Below are positions 18,748 through 28,297 of a stretch of 64,000 nt of DNA, piece by piece. A program made the position numbers and the translations under genes. Numbering within the stretch: position 1 is the first letter of the stretch; every line of letters starts with the position of its first letter. Below the pieces are notes generated by a model. It ran no database searches. It was not told where the DNA came from and was given only the letters and a program-made list of their open reading frames with translations. Source of the stretch: a virus (lineage: Duplodnaviria; Caudoviricetes). The stretch covers positions 8,402-72,401 of IMG/VR virus record IMGVR_UViG_3300032007_000073. One strand, written 5' to 3'.

Positions 18748-19601
18748 GTAAGCCATTTATTCTTATATATCTGTTCTATTACATAATCAGGCTTTAACTC
18801 TTTCATACATCTTGCTTGACAAGGTAAAGCATCTTTTGGCATTTTAAGTCTATATTTGTTGCTACCCCATTCATAGCAAGGCTCACAATAATTAGCTCTT
18901 AAATTCAAATTAAACGACCTTCCTTGATTCTCTATGGCAGTAGAGCCAAACAAAACAACTGATTTTCCACCTATATGTTGATTTAAGATTACTAATCCAC
19001 CTTCAATATCAATATGAAACAAAGCTCTTTTCATTACTTCGGCAGACTGTTGTATCGTAAGTTTATCTACCAAGTTTAAAACAGTATGTTTAATCGGAAA
19101 ACAACTTGCTCCACTACCTATTTGAACACAAGGAATCCCTATTTTCAAAACCAGTTCACTCCAATACTCAACCGACCAAGCCTTTGTGCATATTACATTC
19201 TTATCTAACGGATTTCCGCTTAAACGACCGTATCCGTTGTTTACTGTAACAAATTTCTTAGGTAAGACTAAATCTAATTTCGTTTTCCAATTTAAAGGAA
19301 CAATAGTATCAAAAGAGAAATCTATCCCTGCGTTTCTTGCAATACATTCATCACATTTATCTGTTTCATAAGTCTTTGGCAAATCGTAATTACAGAAATT
19401 CTTATATCCTATAAGACCACGCATTTTAGACCTATCTAACTCTCTTTTGAAACCTTCTCTTTCAAAAAGAAACCAATATCGGTCTGAATATATTGTGATA
19501 TTGTTTGTTGGATAGTCTTTCTGTTTACAATAAGTTAAAAGGAAAGCCCTTGCATTTAGAGCATCTCCTAATCCGTAAATAATTCCTGCTTTAGTTATCA
19601 T
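18744..19601 (-). CDS. Glycosyltransferase family 9 (heptosyltransferase-like, GT-B)
   Basis: 'KAWSVEYWSELV...CVQIG...NLVDKLTIQQSAEVMKRALFHIDIEGGLVILNQHIGGKSVVLFG' is the GT9 C-terminal signature. Start 19601 inferred from RBS spacing and ATGA coupling. Confidence 0.75.
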   Translation of the reverse strand: MITKAGIIYGLGDALNARAFLLTYCKQKDYPTNNITIYSDRYWFLFEREGFKRELDRSKMRGLIGYKNFCNYDLPKTYETDKCDECIARNAGIDFSFDTIVPLNWKTKLDLVLPKKFVTVNNGYGRLSGNPLDKNVICTKAWSVEYWSELVLKIGIPCVQIGSGASCFPIKHTVLNLVDKLTIQQSAEVMKRALFHIDIEGGLVILNQHIGGKSVVLFGSTAIENQGRSFNLNLRANYCEPCYEWGSNKYRLKMPKDALPCQARCMKELKPDYVIEQIYKNKWLT

Positions 19602-19894
19602 TCCCATTCTCCTGCTTTTTCTCTTAATATTAAAAATGCAGTATATAAATTTTTGCAAATAGGGTTAAGTTCTTTATTATTGATAATTTCGCATAATTCG
19701 CCTTTTATAAAAGCATATTTATATTTGCAAGAAAGAATCTGTATAACATTTGTTTTTAAATCTTTATCATAACGAATATTAACATATTTATTAAGTGCAG
19801 AATTATAAAGAAAATTTAAAATTTCTCCTTCGTTTTCAGGAATAATATCTTTTGATATTGAGCCATCTTCAAAAGTTATTCTTATGTTTTTCAT
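19598..19894 (-). CDS. Hypothetical protein
   Basis: 98 aa ORF, translationally coupled on both sides. Confidence 0.6.
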   Translation of the reverse strand: MKNIRITFEDGSISKDIIPENEGEILNFLYNSALNKYVNIRYDKDLKTNVIQILSCKYKYAFIKGELCEIINNKELNPICKNLYTAFLILREKAGEWE

Positions 19895-20568
19895 AATTCC
19901 TCCAAATACTTTTTAATGTTTCCGTCATAAGACCTTGAGCCTATCGAGAACCATTCTTTGTCTTTTAACGTATCCTTAAGTTCTTCCATAGGATAGTTTC
20001 TTATTAGTTTACAATCTTTTGTGAATTTTTTGTTGTCGCTTTCAAACCAATTTCCGTATAAGATTCTCGGATTGAGTTCTCGATTATACTTGTTCACATA
20101 CTCCCAATACATAGGGTCAATTTCAAGTATCTTTTTCTTGTTATAAATTATAGGACAATGCACTCCATAATGTAAAGTAGGTTTTCCGTGTTGCTTTAAG
20201 AACTCTTTTGTATTTAATATCTCTTTTAAATAATTATTAATAACTTGATAGTCCGGAATTTCTCCTGAGTGATATATAGGATAATTCTCAATATCAATTG
20301 GTTTAAGAATAAACACATCGTCCATCATATACAAGAAATCTTCAGAGATATCTGAATTTTCTGCAACCTCGCACAACTTACGGAATACATTTCTTGTCCT
20401 TGCCATCGTATCCTTAAAAGGTATAAACTCAATTCCTTCTATATTAGGGTTTTCTCCGATAACAAATATTCTATCGAACTTTGCATACTTCTTTATTAAC
20501 TTAATTGAAGTTTTTATTTCTGCATTTTGGTACAATGAGCCAGTTCCTAAGGTATATAGAATATCCAT
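19891..20568 (-). CDS. Stealth-like / glycosyltransferase-like protein
   Basis: 'AEIKTSIKLIKKY..FDRIFVIGE' and 'ISEDFLYMMDDVFILKP' resemble Stealth CR2-type (ELRYSLRS / FLYMNDD) motifs. Confidence 0.55.
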   Translation of the reverse strand: MDILYTLGTGSLYQNAEIKTSIKLIKKYAKFDRIFVIGENPNIEGIEFIPFKDTMARTRNVFRKLCEVAENSDISEDFLYMMDDVFILKPIDIENYPIYHSGEIPDYQVINNYLKEILNTKEFLKQHGKPTLHYGVHCPIIYNKKKILEIDPMYWEYVNKYNRELNPRILYGNWFESDNKKFTKDCKLIRNYPMEELKDTLKDKEWFSIGSRSYDGNIKKYLEEL

Positions 20569-20828
20569 TATTTTACCTCCTCAAACAATATATTAAATTC
20601 TTCAAGAGACACTACCAAATCCAAATCTTCATTTTTTATAATTACACCGCTACCCATAATTCTATCGCAACTATTACTTACACTCATAAAAGGCTGATAC
20701 GAAACTACATCAAATTCCGTGTTCGCTTTTATTGTTTTTTCTTTAAAACCGTAGTTAATAATCGTGTTATTTGTACGGCTTATATCTCTTATTTGAACAA
20801 TAAAGTCTATTTTCAATCTTACTTTCAT
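20568..20828 (-). CDS. Hypothetical protein
   Basis: Start 20828 inferred from ATGA overlap with the upstream gene. Confidence 0.5.
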   Translation of the reverse strand: MKVRLKIDFIVQIRDISRTNNTIINYGFKEKTIKANTEFDVVSYQPFMSVSNSCDRIMGSGVIIKNEDLDLVVSLEEFNILFEEVK

Positions 20829-21193
20829 AACATTCCTCCAATAGTAAATATTATCCACCACAAGAAAATCAAAAACAAATGTGTAAGTTGGTCTGTTATA
20901 AGATTTATCTTTTTATCGTTTGCTTTTAAATCGTCAATTAAAGCGTGAATTATTGCAAAAACACAAACAGAAAAAGACAATATCAATTCGTTCTTGCATA
21001 ACCAAATATATATCGGTATATGCACCATAAAAGAGTTCATAAAACCGTGTTCAAGCAAAGCAACAACATAATCGGCTTGATATTTCTTGTCATAAGGTTT
21101 CCAAAAATCTCTTTGCTTCAACTTAGCTAAAATACCTTGCAAAACATAATCATCAATCAAATGTAAATAAATCATACATAATAATACTTTCAT
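20825..21193 (-). CDS. DUF3307-like membrane protein
   Basis: 'HLIDDYVLQ...LLEH...IHALID.LK...DQLTHL' His/Asp pattern. Confidence 0.7.
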   Translation of the reverse strand: MKVLLCMIYLHLIDDYVLQGILAKLKQRDFWKPYDKKYQADYVVALLEHGFMNSFMVHIPIYIWLCKNELILSFSVCVFAIIHALIDDLKANDKKINLITDQLTHLFLIFLWWIIFTIGGML

Positions 21194-23658
21194 TTTCCCT
21201 CCACTATCCCTTTAAATACCCATCTTTTATTTTCAAATTGCTTACATAAATCTATTACAATCTGTTCTCTTCCTTTTTCAAAACTTAAACATTCTATAAT
21301 TTCAATTCTAAATTCTCCTTCTTCGTAAATTATATTTATATCGTGAAGATGATAATCTTCGGTTATAACCATCCATCGAGAAGGATTCTTATCGAATGTA
21401 TAACACTTAATAATTTTAGGTTTATCTTTAAAATAATCTTCAACAGACTTATCAATACAATTCTCAAACCTTTTTCTTAGTTCTAAAAACTTCTTTAGAC
21501 CTTCTATTTCTATTGGCTTTTCTGAATAAGTTGTATTCATCTATCCTCCTTAAACGGACAATCTTTTTGTGCAGAATCATTATCTTTGTATTCATCATCA
21601 ACCAAACAATAAAACTGTTCGCAATCTCCATATATGAAAAAATGCAAACAATGTGGACAACTGCAACAATATAATACCTCTGGTCTTTTATATCGCTTAG
21701 TCTTGACTATTTCATTCATTGTTTATCTCCAAATAACAATTTATAAGGTATTTCAAATGCTTCTGCAAATTGATTTCTAACTTCTTCAAGATTTTCTATT
21801 TCTTTTCCGTTAATCTTAATATTTATTGTATTTGGCTCTATATGGTTCATCCTTTGCCAATTTCCAAGCCTTTGTCTTTCGCTTGGTATTTGTATTGCTA
21901 TTGCTATTTTTCTTCCGAACTCACATAATATTTGTTCTTGTATTTCATTTAGATTTAAGGCATAATCCCAAACATCAAACTTAATCCATTCCATTGTTCT
22001 GCTCCTTAATCTTTTTAATTACAACACAATCTTCTTCCAAAGCACAAGTTAAATCTTCATATCTAAACTGACAGTTTTCTAATGGCAAACAACACTCTCT
22101 AACTTTAAACACATATTTTTCGTTTACATCTATCAGTTTATTCCCCATTTCTCCTCCTACACTCTTGTTCTGCTTTTTCTTTTGTGAAAAAACAGTTTTT
22201 TGCTAAATGAATCATAGACCCTTTATCTTTTCCAAAATTTAAAATAACAAATAAATCATTATTACCTGAAACAAATGTTTTTTCTATTGTTACTTCTGCA
22301 ATATCCCAAATTTTCTTATCTTTTCTTGCTCCAACAAACCAAACCTTATCTCCTTCTTTAAATCTTCTTCTTTTCATTATTCTTCTCCTTATAATAATTC
22401 AATATTCCGTTCCTTACAAAATTCTACTATTTCAGGATAATCTTTTGGATTTTCTATTTTTTTTACTTTTTTCCAATAAGCATATTCTTTGTTCCATATA
22501 TACATTATAAAATATAAACCAATATGGTGTATATTTCCCCAATGTTCAAATGTTTCCATAGCTGCAGCTTTGTTATCAAAATCCCACATACTTTTCACTA
22601 AACAAGCAATAAAAGTTTCTTCTTTTGGATATGTTTCAGTATCTCTATAAACTCTTAATTTTTTGTTTTCCATCTTCCACCCCCAAAAACTCTACTATTT
22701 TTTTGCTATTTCTTCCCATAAAATAGTTCTTTCGTATGGGATACATATTGCATTACTTCCTGTTTCTTTTGTTAATACTTGTGTTATCTTTTTTACCATA
22801 TATTCTTTTGTATCGCCATATTGAAATTTACCTTTGATATTAATACACTCTTTTGTACAATCTTCTAAATCTGCTAAGCATTTTTTAGATATTACTTCAT
22901 AATAAGGACATTTCTTTTGACTCTTTACTATTGTATATCGTTTTTCAGTCATATTTAATCATCCTCCTCATATAAATCATCATACCTTTCTTTTAATAGT
23001 ACAACGAAACCAAACGGTATTAATAATAATTTAGCCGTTCTTTTACTTGTTAACTCATCAAGTGCTAAAGCCGTTATACATATTATTATTGGAACAAATA
23101 TACTTAATATTAAAACTACAATTAAAAAGTTTATTAATATTATCATTTTTAAATTTCCCCCCATAATTTTCTTGGTAAAAAATGTTTCGTAATCAAATAA
23201 TTTAACTTTGCTTTGTCTATGCTTCTCTTTCCTATCATCTTCAATATCTCGTCTAATGTCTTTGTTTCGTAATTATCCATATAAATATCTATTGCTCTCT
23301 GTTCTTCCCTAAATTGCTTTGACATTTTGCAATAATTAAATGGCATAACTTCTGCTTGTTTCTTCTCACAGAAAAAATGACCTTCTCCTGCTTTACCTCG
23401 TGCTTGAACATACTGACAATCTATACACTGCATCTTGCCTACCCCCTATAACAAACTTATTTGTTTATTTTCAGATTCAAGTTTTTGCTTATAATCTTCA
23501 AGTATTTGTTCAAATATACCTATTCTTTTATCGCTTTGTTGTTGAGTTATTCTTCCTTGCAAAACCCAAGTAGGAAACACTCTTTTTCTCATATTTATTT
23601 CTCTTTGAACCTCTTTAATTATATCTTCAGTAGAAAACATTTCTTCCTCCCTAATCAA
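21190..23658 (-). CDS. Run of about 11 small, tightly packed hypothetical genes (21190-21540, 21537-21719, 21716-21994, 21981-22148, 22138-22377, 22389-22673, 22695-22952, 22955-23146, 23149-23433, 23446-23658)
   Basis: ORFs with GGAG/GGGG RBSs and stop/start overlaps. Several are Cys-rich; 23446-23658 is a common phage family ('EVQREINMRKRVFP.WV'). Confidence 0.65.
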
Positions 23659-23707
23659 AATTATTAAGCAATATAAGGATTATTATAAATAACAAAAAAC
23701 AAACCAT
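23651..23707 (-). CDS. 18-aa hydrophobic peptide MVCFLLFIIILILLNNFD
   Basis: Perfect AAAGGAGG RBS upstream; stop abuts the next gene's RBS. Confidence 0.5.
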   Translation of the reverse strand: MVCFLLFIIILILLNNFD

Positions 23708-23912
23708 TTTAATCCTCCTTTGCGAGTGCCAGAAACTCGCTTTGTAATATATTCCGTGCATTAATACGGATATTATCTGCAACTTACCTTAATAAGTCTA
23801 TTAACGGCTATGCTCTTATAAATTATTACAATTAATTTATTTTTTTAAATAAAAGTTATATATTTGAGCTTTAAAGTTTAACTCTAACTCTTTGTAAGAC
23901 TCTAATCTCTGG

Positions 23913-24437
23913 CTAATTAGAATCTTTTACCCATAAATCATATCCTTTGTTTGCGAACACTTGCTTTAAGTATTCATCTCTTTGTATAACACTTTTAAAC
24001 ACAAGAAAATATCCTTTAGAACCTTGTGTTTTGTTGTTGGTCTCTTCATTCAACTCCATTTTTGTAAGGTCAAACTTCTCACTTTGGTTGTGATAGCACT
24101 TTAAAGCATAGTTTTGGCTTAAGTATTTGCCATTATTTGCAAATAAAATGGTTACCCCTGCTATTCCACTACCCCCACAATAAAGACACTTAAATTTCGT
24201 ATTTATGGAGTTTTTAAAGCCATTGTCTATTTCTTTGGCTATTTTCAAGAATTGAGCTAATGTCGGAGGTATTTCATCGTTTTCCATCATAGTTTTTTCG
24301 GTCTCTTTTATCGTCTTATCGTAAAAACCTCTTGAAGAAATATCTTTGACCCAAACAGAAACGGTCTTTGAAGAAACATTCTTTGCTCTTGAAGCAAATA
24401 TATTATTTATTACCTCTTCCAATTCTTCGTATGTCAT
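23913..24437 (-). CDS. Replication-associated protein (loader-like N-terminus, CxxC domain)
   Basis: 'VWVKDI...IPPTLAQFLKIA' resembles helicase-loader/inhibitor folds; downstream CLYCGG zinc motif; follows the initiator. Confidence 0.45.
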   Translation of the reverse strand: MTYEELEEVINNIFASRAKNVSSKTVSVWVKDISSRGFYDKTIKETEKTMMENDEIPPTLAQFLKIAKEIDNGFKNSINTKFKCLYCGGSGIAGVTILFANNGKYLSQNYALKCYHNQSEKFDLTKMELNEETNNKTQGSKGYFLVFKSVIQRDEYLKQVFANKGYDLWVKDSN

Positions 24438-24699
24438 CTTTAGCTCCTATTTTATTTTGTTCTATCGTTTGCATTTCTTCTAAAAACTTTGATTCGTTTC
24501 TTACTTTAGCTATCAAACCATTTGCAAACAATTCGGTTTCTCTTTTTATAATTCTTTCAGCTGCTTGAAAAGCAAACTTAGGATTTATATCTTCCAGACA
24601 CTTAGACCATAAAGCCAATATAGCTTTTTTGTCTCCTTCAAACTTAACTCCTGCAATATTAAATAAAGCTAACAATTTACTTGTCTCTTCTTTTGTCAT
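24403..24699 (-). CDS. Replicative helicase loader/inhibitor (SPP1 G39P-like)
   Basis: MTKEETSKLLALF...LWSKCLEDI...AFQAA.RII...LIAKVR; directly downstream of the initiator. Confidence 0.65.
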   Translation of the reverse strand: MTKEETSKLLALFNIAGVKFEGDKKAILALWSKCLEDINPKFAFQAAERIIKRETELFANGLIAKVRNESKFLEEMQTIEQNKIGAKDDIRRIGRGNK

Positions 24700-25403
24700 T
24701 CTTCCCTCCCCAACTTTAAAAACTCATTAGCAGTATCTTCTTTTTTATTTTTTCTTTCCCAAGTTCTTACGGCAGATTTCCATCTTTTCATTTTTGATTT
24801 ACCCATCATCCAACCTCTTGCATCATTCCAATAGAAAAACTGCTTAGCATCTATGTCTATATTTTCTTCTTTGCAGAATTTTTCTATTTCCTCTATTGTA
24901 GGAGGGATAAATCTTTTTTGTGTCTCTCCTATAATATTTTTATTATTTGTTTTAATATATGTTTTATTATATGGTATAGGTAAGCCCATTTGGGCATTTC
25001 CATTTGCCTCTTTGGTAACTTCCATTTGCCCGTTTGGGCAAATGGATTTGCCTTTTTCTGATTCATCTTCTTTTGTTCCAATTGGTATAATTTTTTTTAA
25101 TTCTTCAGGTTCTTCTACAAAAGAATACCATAAAGTTCTATCGTATTTCTGAGAATTATAATTACCTACTTTTATAATATTTAATTCTTTCATTTTATCA
25201 AGTATTGTTCGTATTTGTTTAATAGAGAAATAAGGAAAAACACTTTGTAAAGAATTTATTGAAAAATAAGTCCAATAACATCCATCTCTAAAGTTTTTGT
25301 TGTGAGATTTGTTTTTTATTATCCAAAATAGAATATGTTTATAAACAATAGAAAGTTCTAATCCATATTTTATTGCTATTTCTATATCAAAAGAATGTTC
25401 CAT
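24696..25403 (-). CDS. Phage replication initiator (replisome organiser)
   Basis: N-terminal winged-HTH-like region, central iteron-encoded 'ICPNGQME...NGNAQMG.PIP', C-terminal 'FIPPTIEEI..FC...IDA.QFF.WN..RGW..G..KMK.WKSAVRTWE'. Confidence 0.8.
   Translation of the reverse strand: MEHSFDIEIAIKYGLELSIVYKHILFWIIKNKSHNKNFRDGCYWTYFSINSLQSVFPYFSIKQIRTILDKMKELNIIKVGNYNSQKYDRTLWYSFVEEPEELKKIIPIGTKEDESEKGKSICPNGQMEVTKEANGNAQMGLPIPYNKTYIKTNNKNIIGETQKRFIPPTIEEIEKFCKEENIDIDAKQFFYWNDARGWMMGKSKMKRWKSAVRTWERKNKKEDTANEFLKLGREE
24985..25052. promoter_or_regulatory. Putative replication origin: iteron cluster inside the initiator gene
   Basis: TTCCATTTGCC at 24998 and 25020; CCCATTTGGGC at 24985; inverted repeat CCATTTGCCC-gttt-GGGCAAATGG at 25022-25045; AT-rich tract adjacent (~24930-24970). 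Confidence 0.6.
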
Positions 25404-26005
25404 TATTTATTCTCCTTATGAATATTGTTATGACAAACTCCACAAACAACTTGTAAATCGTTTAAGTGTAATATTTCATATCCGTGATTTTCATAAGTTT
25501 TGTGATGAGTATGTAATTCTATTTTACTTCCACATATTTCACATTTGTTTTGTTTTATTTTCATATAAGTACTTATAGCTTTCCAATATGGAGTCTTAAG
25601 AAAATCTTGGTATTTCATAAGTTTTATTTTTGTTGCAATCTCTTCTTTGTAAGATGATGTAAGGTTATGTAATATATTAATTCTATTTCCTAATCCTATA
25701 CTTTTATCCCAATTTCTGTTACAATTCAAATATTCATCTATTGATTCAATTTTGTTTATATTTTTTATGTTCCTTTTTATTTTTCTTTTTATTGTTTTTC
25801 CTAATAAAGAATTTTGTATATCTTCTATTCCTTCTTCTTGTACAATAATTTCTGTTCCATTTTTAAGAAACAAAGATGCACAACTATATTCTTCTTCATA
25901 AAAATTAGTTGTTTCAAAATAATCAATACTATCTTTGTTTACAATACAAACACTATCACAACAGTTTTTATCAATAGACAATACTTTTATAAATTTATTT
26001 TCCAT
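25403..26005 (-). CDS. HNH endonuclease (C-terminal) fused to an unknown N-terminal domain
   Basis: 'YQDFLKTPYWK...KCEICGS..ELHTHHKTY...DLQVVCGVCHNNIH'. Confidence 0.8.
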   Translation of the reverse strand: MENKFIKVLSIDKNCCDSVCIVNKDSIDYFETTNFYEEEYSCASLFLKNGTEIIVQEEGIEDIQNSLLGKTIKRKIKRNIKNINKIESIDEYLNCNRNWDKSIGLGNRINILHNLTSSYKEEIATKIKLMKYQDFLKTPYWKAISTYMKIKQNKCEICGSKIELHTHHKTYENHGYEILHLNDLQVVCGVCHNNIHKENK

Positions 26006-26261
26006 TTTGCCTCCTTACTTTCTCTGTCATAGTAATTTCAAAAGTTTTAAATTTACCGAAGAAATGTAGTAATACAAACAAAGCATCTGATATTTTGTTA
26101 AATCCTTCAGAGCCAAACAGGACTCTTTCTACTATAATTTGTTCTGTTAAAAAATATCTGTCTGAGAAAATAAGTTCTTCTTTTACAAAATCGCAAAAAG
26201 TTATCGCATTAAATATATATGTTTTTTCACTTTCAAACATTTTAGTTTCTTTTTTATTCAT
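25995..26261 (-). CDS. Hypothetical protein
   Basis: 88 aa ORF between the MTase and HNH genes. Confidence 0.5.
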   Translation of the reverse strand: MNKKETKMFESEKTYIFNAITFCDFVKEELIFSDRYFLTEQIIVERVLFGSEGFNKISDALFVLLHFFGKFKTFEITMTEKVRRQNGK

Positions 26262-26269
26262 TGTTCCTC

Positions 26270-27001
26270 CTATAACATATCAAAATCGAACTCGCTATTT
26301 TTCTCTATTTGAGCATCCGATATTCTTTGTTTTGATATATTATAATACTCTTCAAAAATTTCTATTCCGTAAAACTTTCTTCCATACTTTATACAACTTA
26401 TTGCCGTAGTTCCTAATCCAGAAAACGGGTCCAAAACGAAGTCTCCTTTGAATGTAAGATTAGCAATTATTATATCGCTTAATTTCTGAGGCATCATCGC
26501 ACCGTGAATTTCCGAATAAGGATTGTTCGAATTAACAAAACATTCAATAACATTTCGAAAACACTTTATCCCTTCACCTGAAGTTTTTATTTGATAGTTC
26601 TTATCTTTTTTAATCAACAAAATGTGTTCGTAATTATTGTTGATTACATTCGGAGTTGCACTCGGTTGTCCGTTTACTTTGTACCAAATCATATCATCGT
26701 GTATTCGGTCTGCATAATGTCCTATTAATCTGTAAACATTTTCTCTATTCTCTTTTATTGCTCCTACATTATAAATTACATACTTTTTACTTACTCTTAA
26801 ACATTCGTCTATAACCTTTATTTGCCAATCTAACCAATCTTTTTTAAGTATCGTTTCGGAATTAATATATTTTTTATGCGAATTATTATCTTTCTTTGCA
26901 TTAAACCCGTACGGCGGCGAAGTAAAAGTTATATCAAATGTATCGTCAGAGATTGTCTTTAAATGATTTAAGCAATCGTCATTGATAATTTGATTCTCCA
27001 T
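26270..27001 (-). CDS. DNA methyltransferase, N4/N6 beta class (SPPY)
   Basis: 'DITFTSPPY' motif IV, 'HGAMMP', 'VLDPFSGLGTTA' motif I. Confidence 0.9.
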   Translation of the reverse strand: MENQIINDDCLNHLKTISDDTFDITFTSPPYGFNAKKDNNSHKKYINSETILKKDWLDWQIKVIDECLRVSKKYVIYNVGAIKENRENVYRLIGHYADRIHDDMIWYKVNGQPSATPNVINNNYEHILLIKKDKNYQIKTSGEGIKCFRNVIECFVNSNNPYSEIHGAMMPQKLSDIIIANLTFKGDFVLDPFSGLGTTAISCIKYGRKFYGIEIFEEYYNISKQRISDAQIEKNSEFDFDML

Positions 27002-27017
27002 AAATCCTCCAAATAAA

Positions 27018-27149
27018 GATAGCGGTGTTGCTTACGGAATTGAAAAGTTCCCACCGCTATCCTTAACTCGCAAATAAAAAGGGGGTAGCCTTTCTTCTTA
27101 TGCGAGATTATATTTAGTTAGTTAATTGATTGTTATTTACCGTAAGCAT
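27018..27149 (-). ncRNA. Candidate structured 5' leader RNA of the SPPY methyltransferase
   Basis: Two hairpins (27067-72/27101-06; 10-bp 27018-27/27052-61) and a 9-nt 5'-end-to-loop complement; see findings. Confidence 0.45.
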
Positions 27150-27155
27150 ATTTTA

Positions 27156-27184
27156 ATTCTACCATATTTGTTAAAACAAATCAA
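27156..27184 (-). promoter_or_regulatory. Sigma70-type promoter TTGATT-N17-TAGAAT with extended TG
   Basis: -35 at 27184-27179, -10 at 27161-27156, TG at 27164-63. Confidence 0.65.
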
Positions 27185-27878
27185 GTATTTTTTTCTCTTG
27201 TTCCATTCTATCGACGGCAATTTTATAAAACTTCTCGTTTTTTTCTATTCCTAAATACTTTCTTTTTAATTGATAACAAGCGACACAAGTTGTTCCACTT
27301 CCAACAAACGGGTCAAGTACCAAATCGCCTTCGTGAGTCGAGTTCTCGATAAGAATCTTTGTAATATCCACAGGTTTTGGTGTAGGATGCCCTAAATCTG
27401 CCTTGTCTTGAGAGTTCTTGTTTCTTATGTAATATGTTGCAGCCGAATAGTTATCCTTCGGTTGACAATAAGCCTCTTTACGAAAATAAAGACAATACTC
27501 TTTGTCGGAATTATACTTGCAATTATGCAAAGGCATCGCATCGGGCTTGAGCCATAGAATAAACTCATAACTTGCTTTTTTGTTGACAAAATAATTTAAG
27601 TATTCAGGAATTTGAAACTTTGACATCCAAATATAGATGTTGATTTTCTTTAATATCCTACAAGCCTCGTCCAACCATTTGATATCTATTCCCTTGTCTA
27701 TCTCTGTCTCTTCAAGTTCTACTCTTGTTTTCATTACTGCTTTGTATAAGTGGCTCTTTGGAGAAGGTTTTTTCTCGGAATAAAGATAAGGAATATCGGT
27801 CATAATGAGGTCGATTGACTTGTCAGGGATTTTCTTCATTAGTTCCAAACTGTCTCCCAACCATATTTGATTTTCCAT
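27171..27878 (-). CDS. DNA methyltransferase, N4/N6 beta class (DIPY variant)
   Basis: 'DLIMTDIPY', 'HPTPKPV', 'VLDPFVGSGTT'; start 27878 overlaps the RusA stop. Confidence 0.88.
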   Translation of the reverse strand: MENQIWLGDSLELMKKIPDKSIDLIMTDIPYLYSEKKPSPKSHLYKAVMKTRVELEETEIDKGIDIKWLDEACRILKKINIYIWMSKFQIPEYLNYFVNKKASYEFILWLKPDAMPLHNCKYNSDKEYCLYFRKEAYCQPKDNYSAATYYIRNKNSQDKADLGHPTPKPVDITKILIENSTHEGDLVLDPFVGSGTTCVACYQLKRKYLGIEKNEKFYKIAVDRMEQEKKILDLF

Positions 27879-28297
27879 TAAATCTCCTTTATTTCTATCA
27901 AACATCTCGGTTCTTCGGAATAAATTTTCCTTGTGTTTAAAACAGCCACTTGGCTATCATCTTCCCAAATACCAACATTATTTATTGCATCCATCACTGC
28001 CTTGCTCAAATTATCTAAATCGGGCTTTTTGATTACATAGTGCAACTCTGCCCTCTTCTTTTTGCTTATACTCTTAGGTATTGGCATACAAAAGATTAGA
28101 TTTAATTCTAAAGCCCCTGAGAGCTTTATTTTTAAGCTATTTTTTAGTTTAAGTGTTTCCGTATATACCAAATGAAACCAATCAGTTTTTGGCGAATATG
28201 TGGTTACAAAAGGTTTTCCACTTTTTAAAGTCCGATGAAACGTTTTCGGTCTTGATTGTGGTTTTGGTATCCCTACTACTGTGTATTTTATTTCCAT
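27878..28297 (-). CDS. rusA: RusA-family Holliday junction resolvase
   Basis: 'KPDLDNLSKAVMDA...WEDDSQV' catalytic motif. Confidence 0.9.
   Translation of the reverse strand: MEIKYTVVGIPKPQSRPKTFHRTLKSGKPFVTTYSPKTDWFHLVYTETLKLKNSLKIKLSGALELNLIFCMPIPKSISKKKRAELHYVIKKPDLDNLSKAVMDAINNVGIWEDDSQVAVLNTRKIYSEEPRCLIEIKEI

Noticed and set aside
27291-27306. TGTTCCACTTCCAACA as a third parS
   Set aside because: Three mismatches in the core right half; lies in the conserved MTase motif I codons; compatible with chance.
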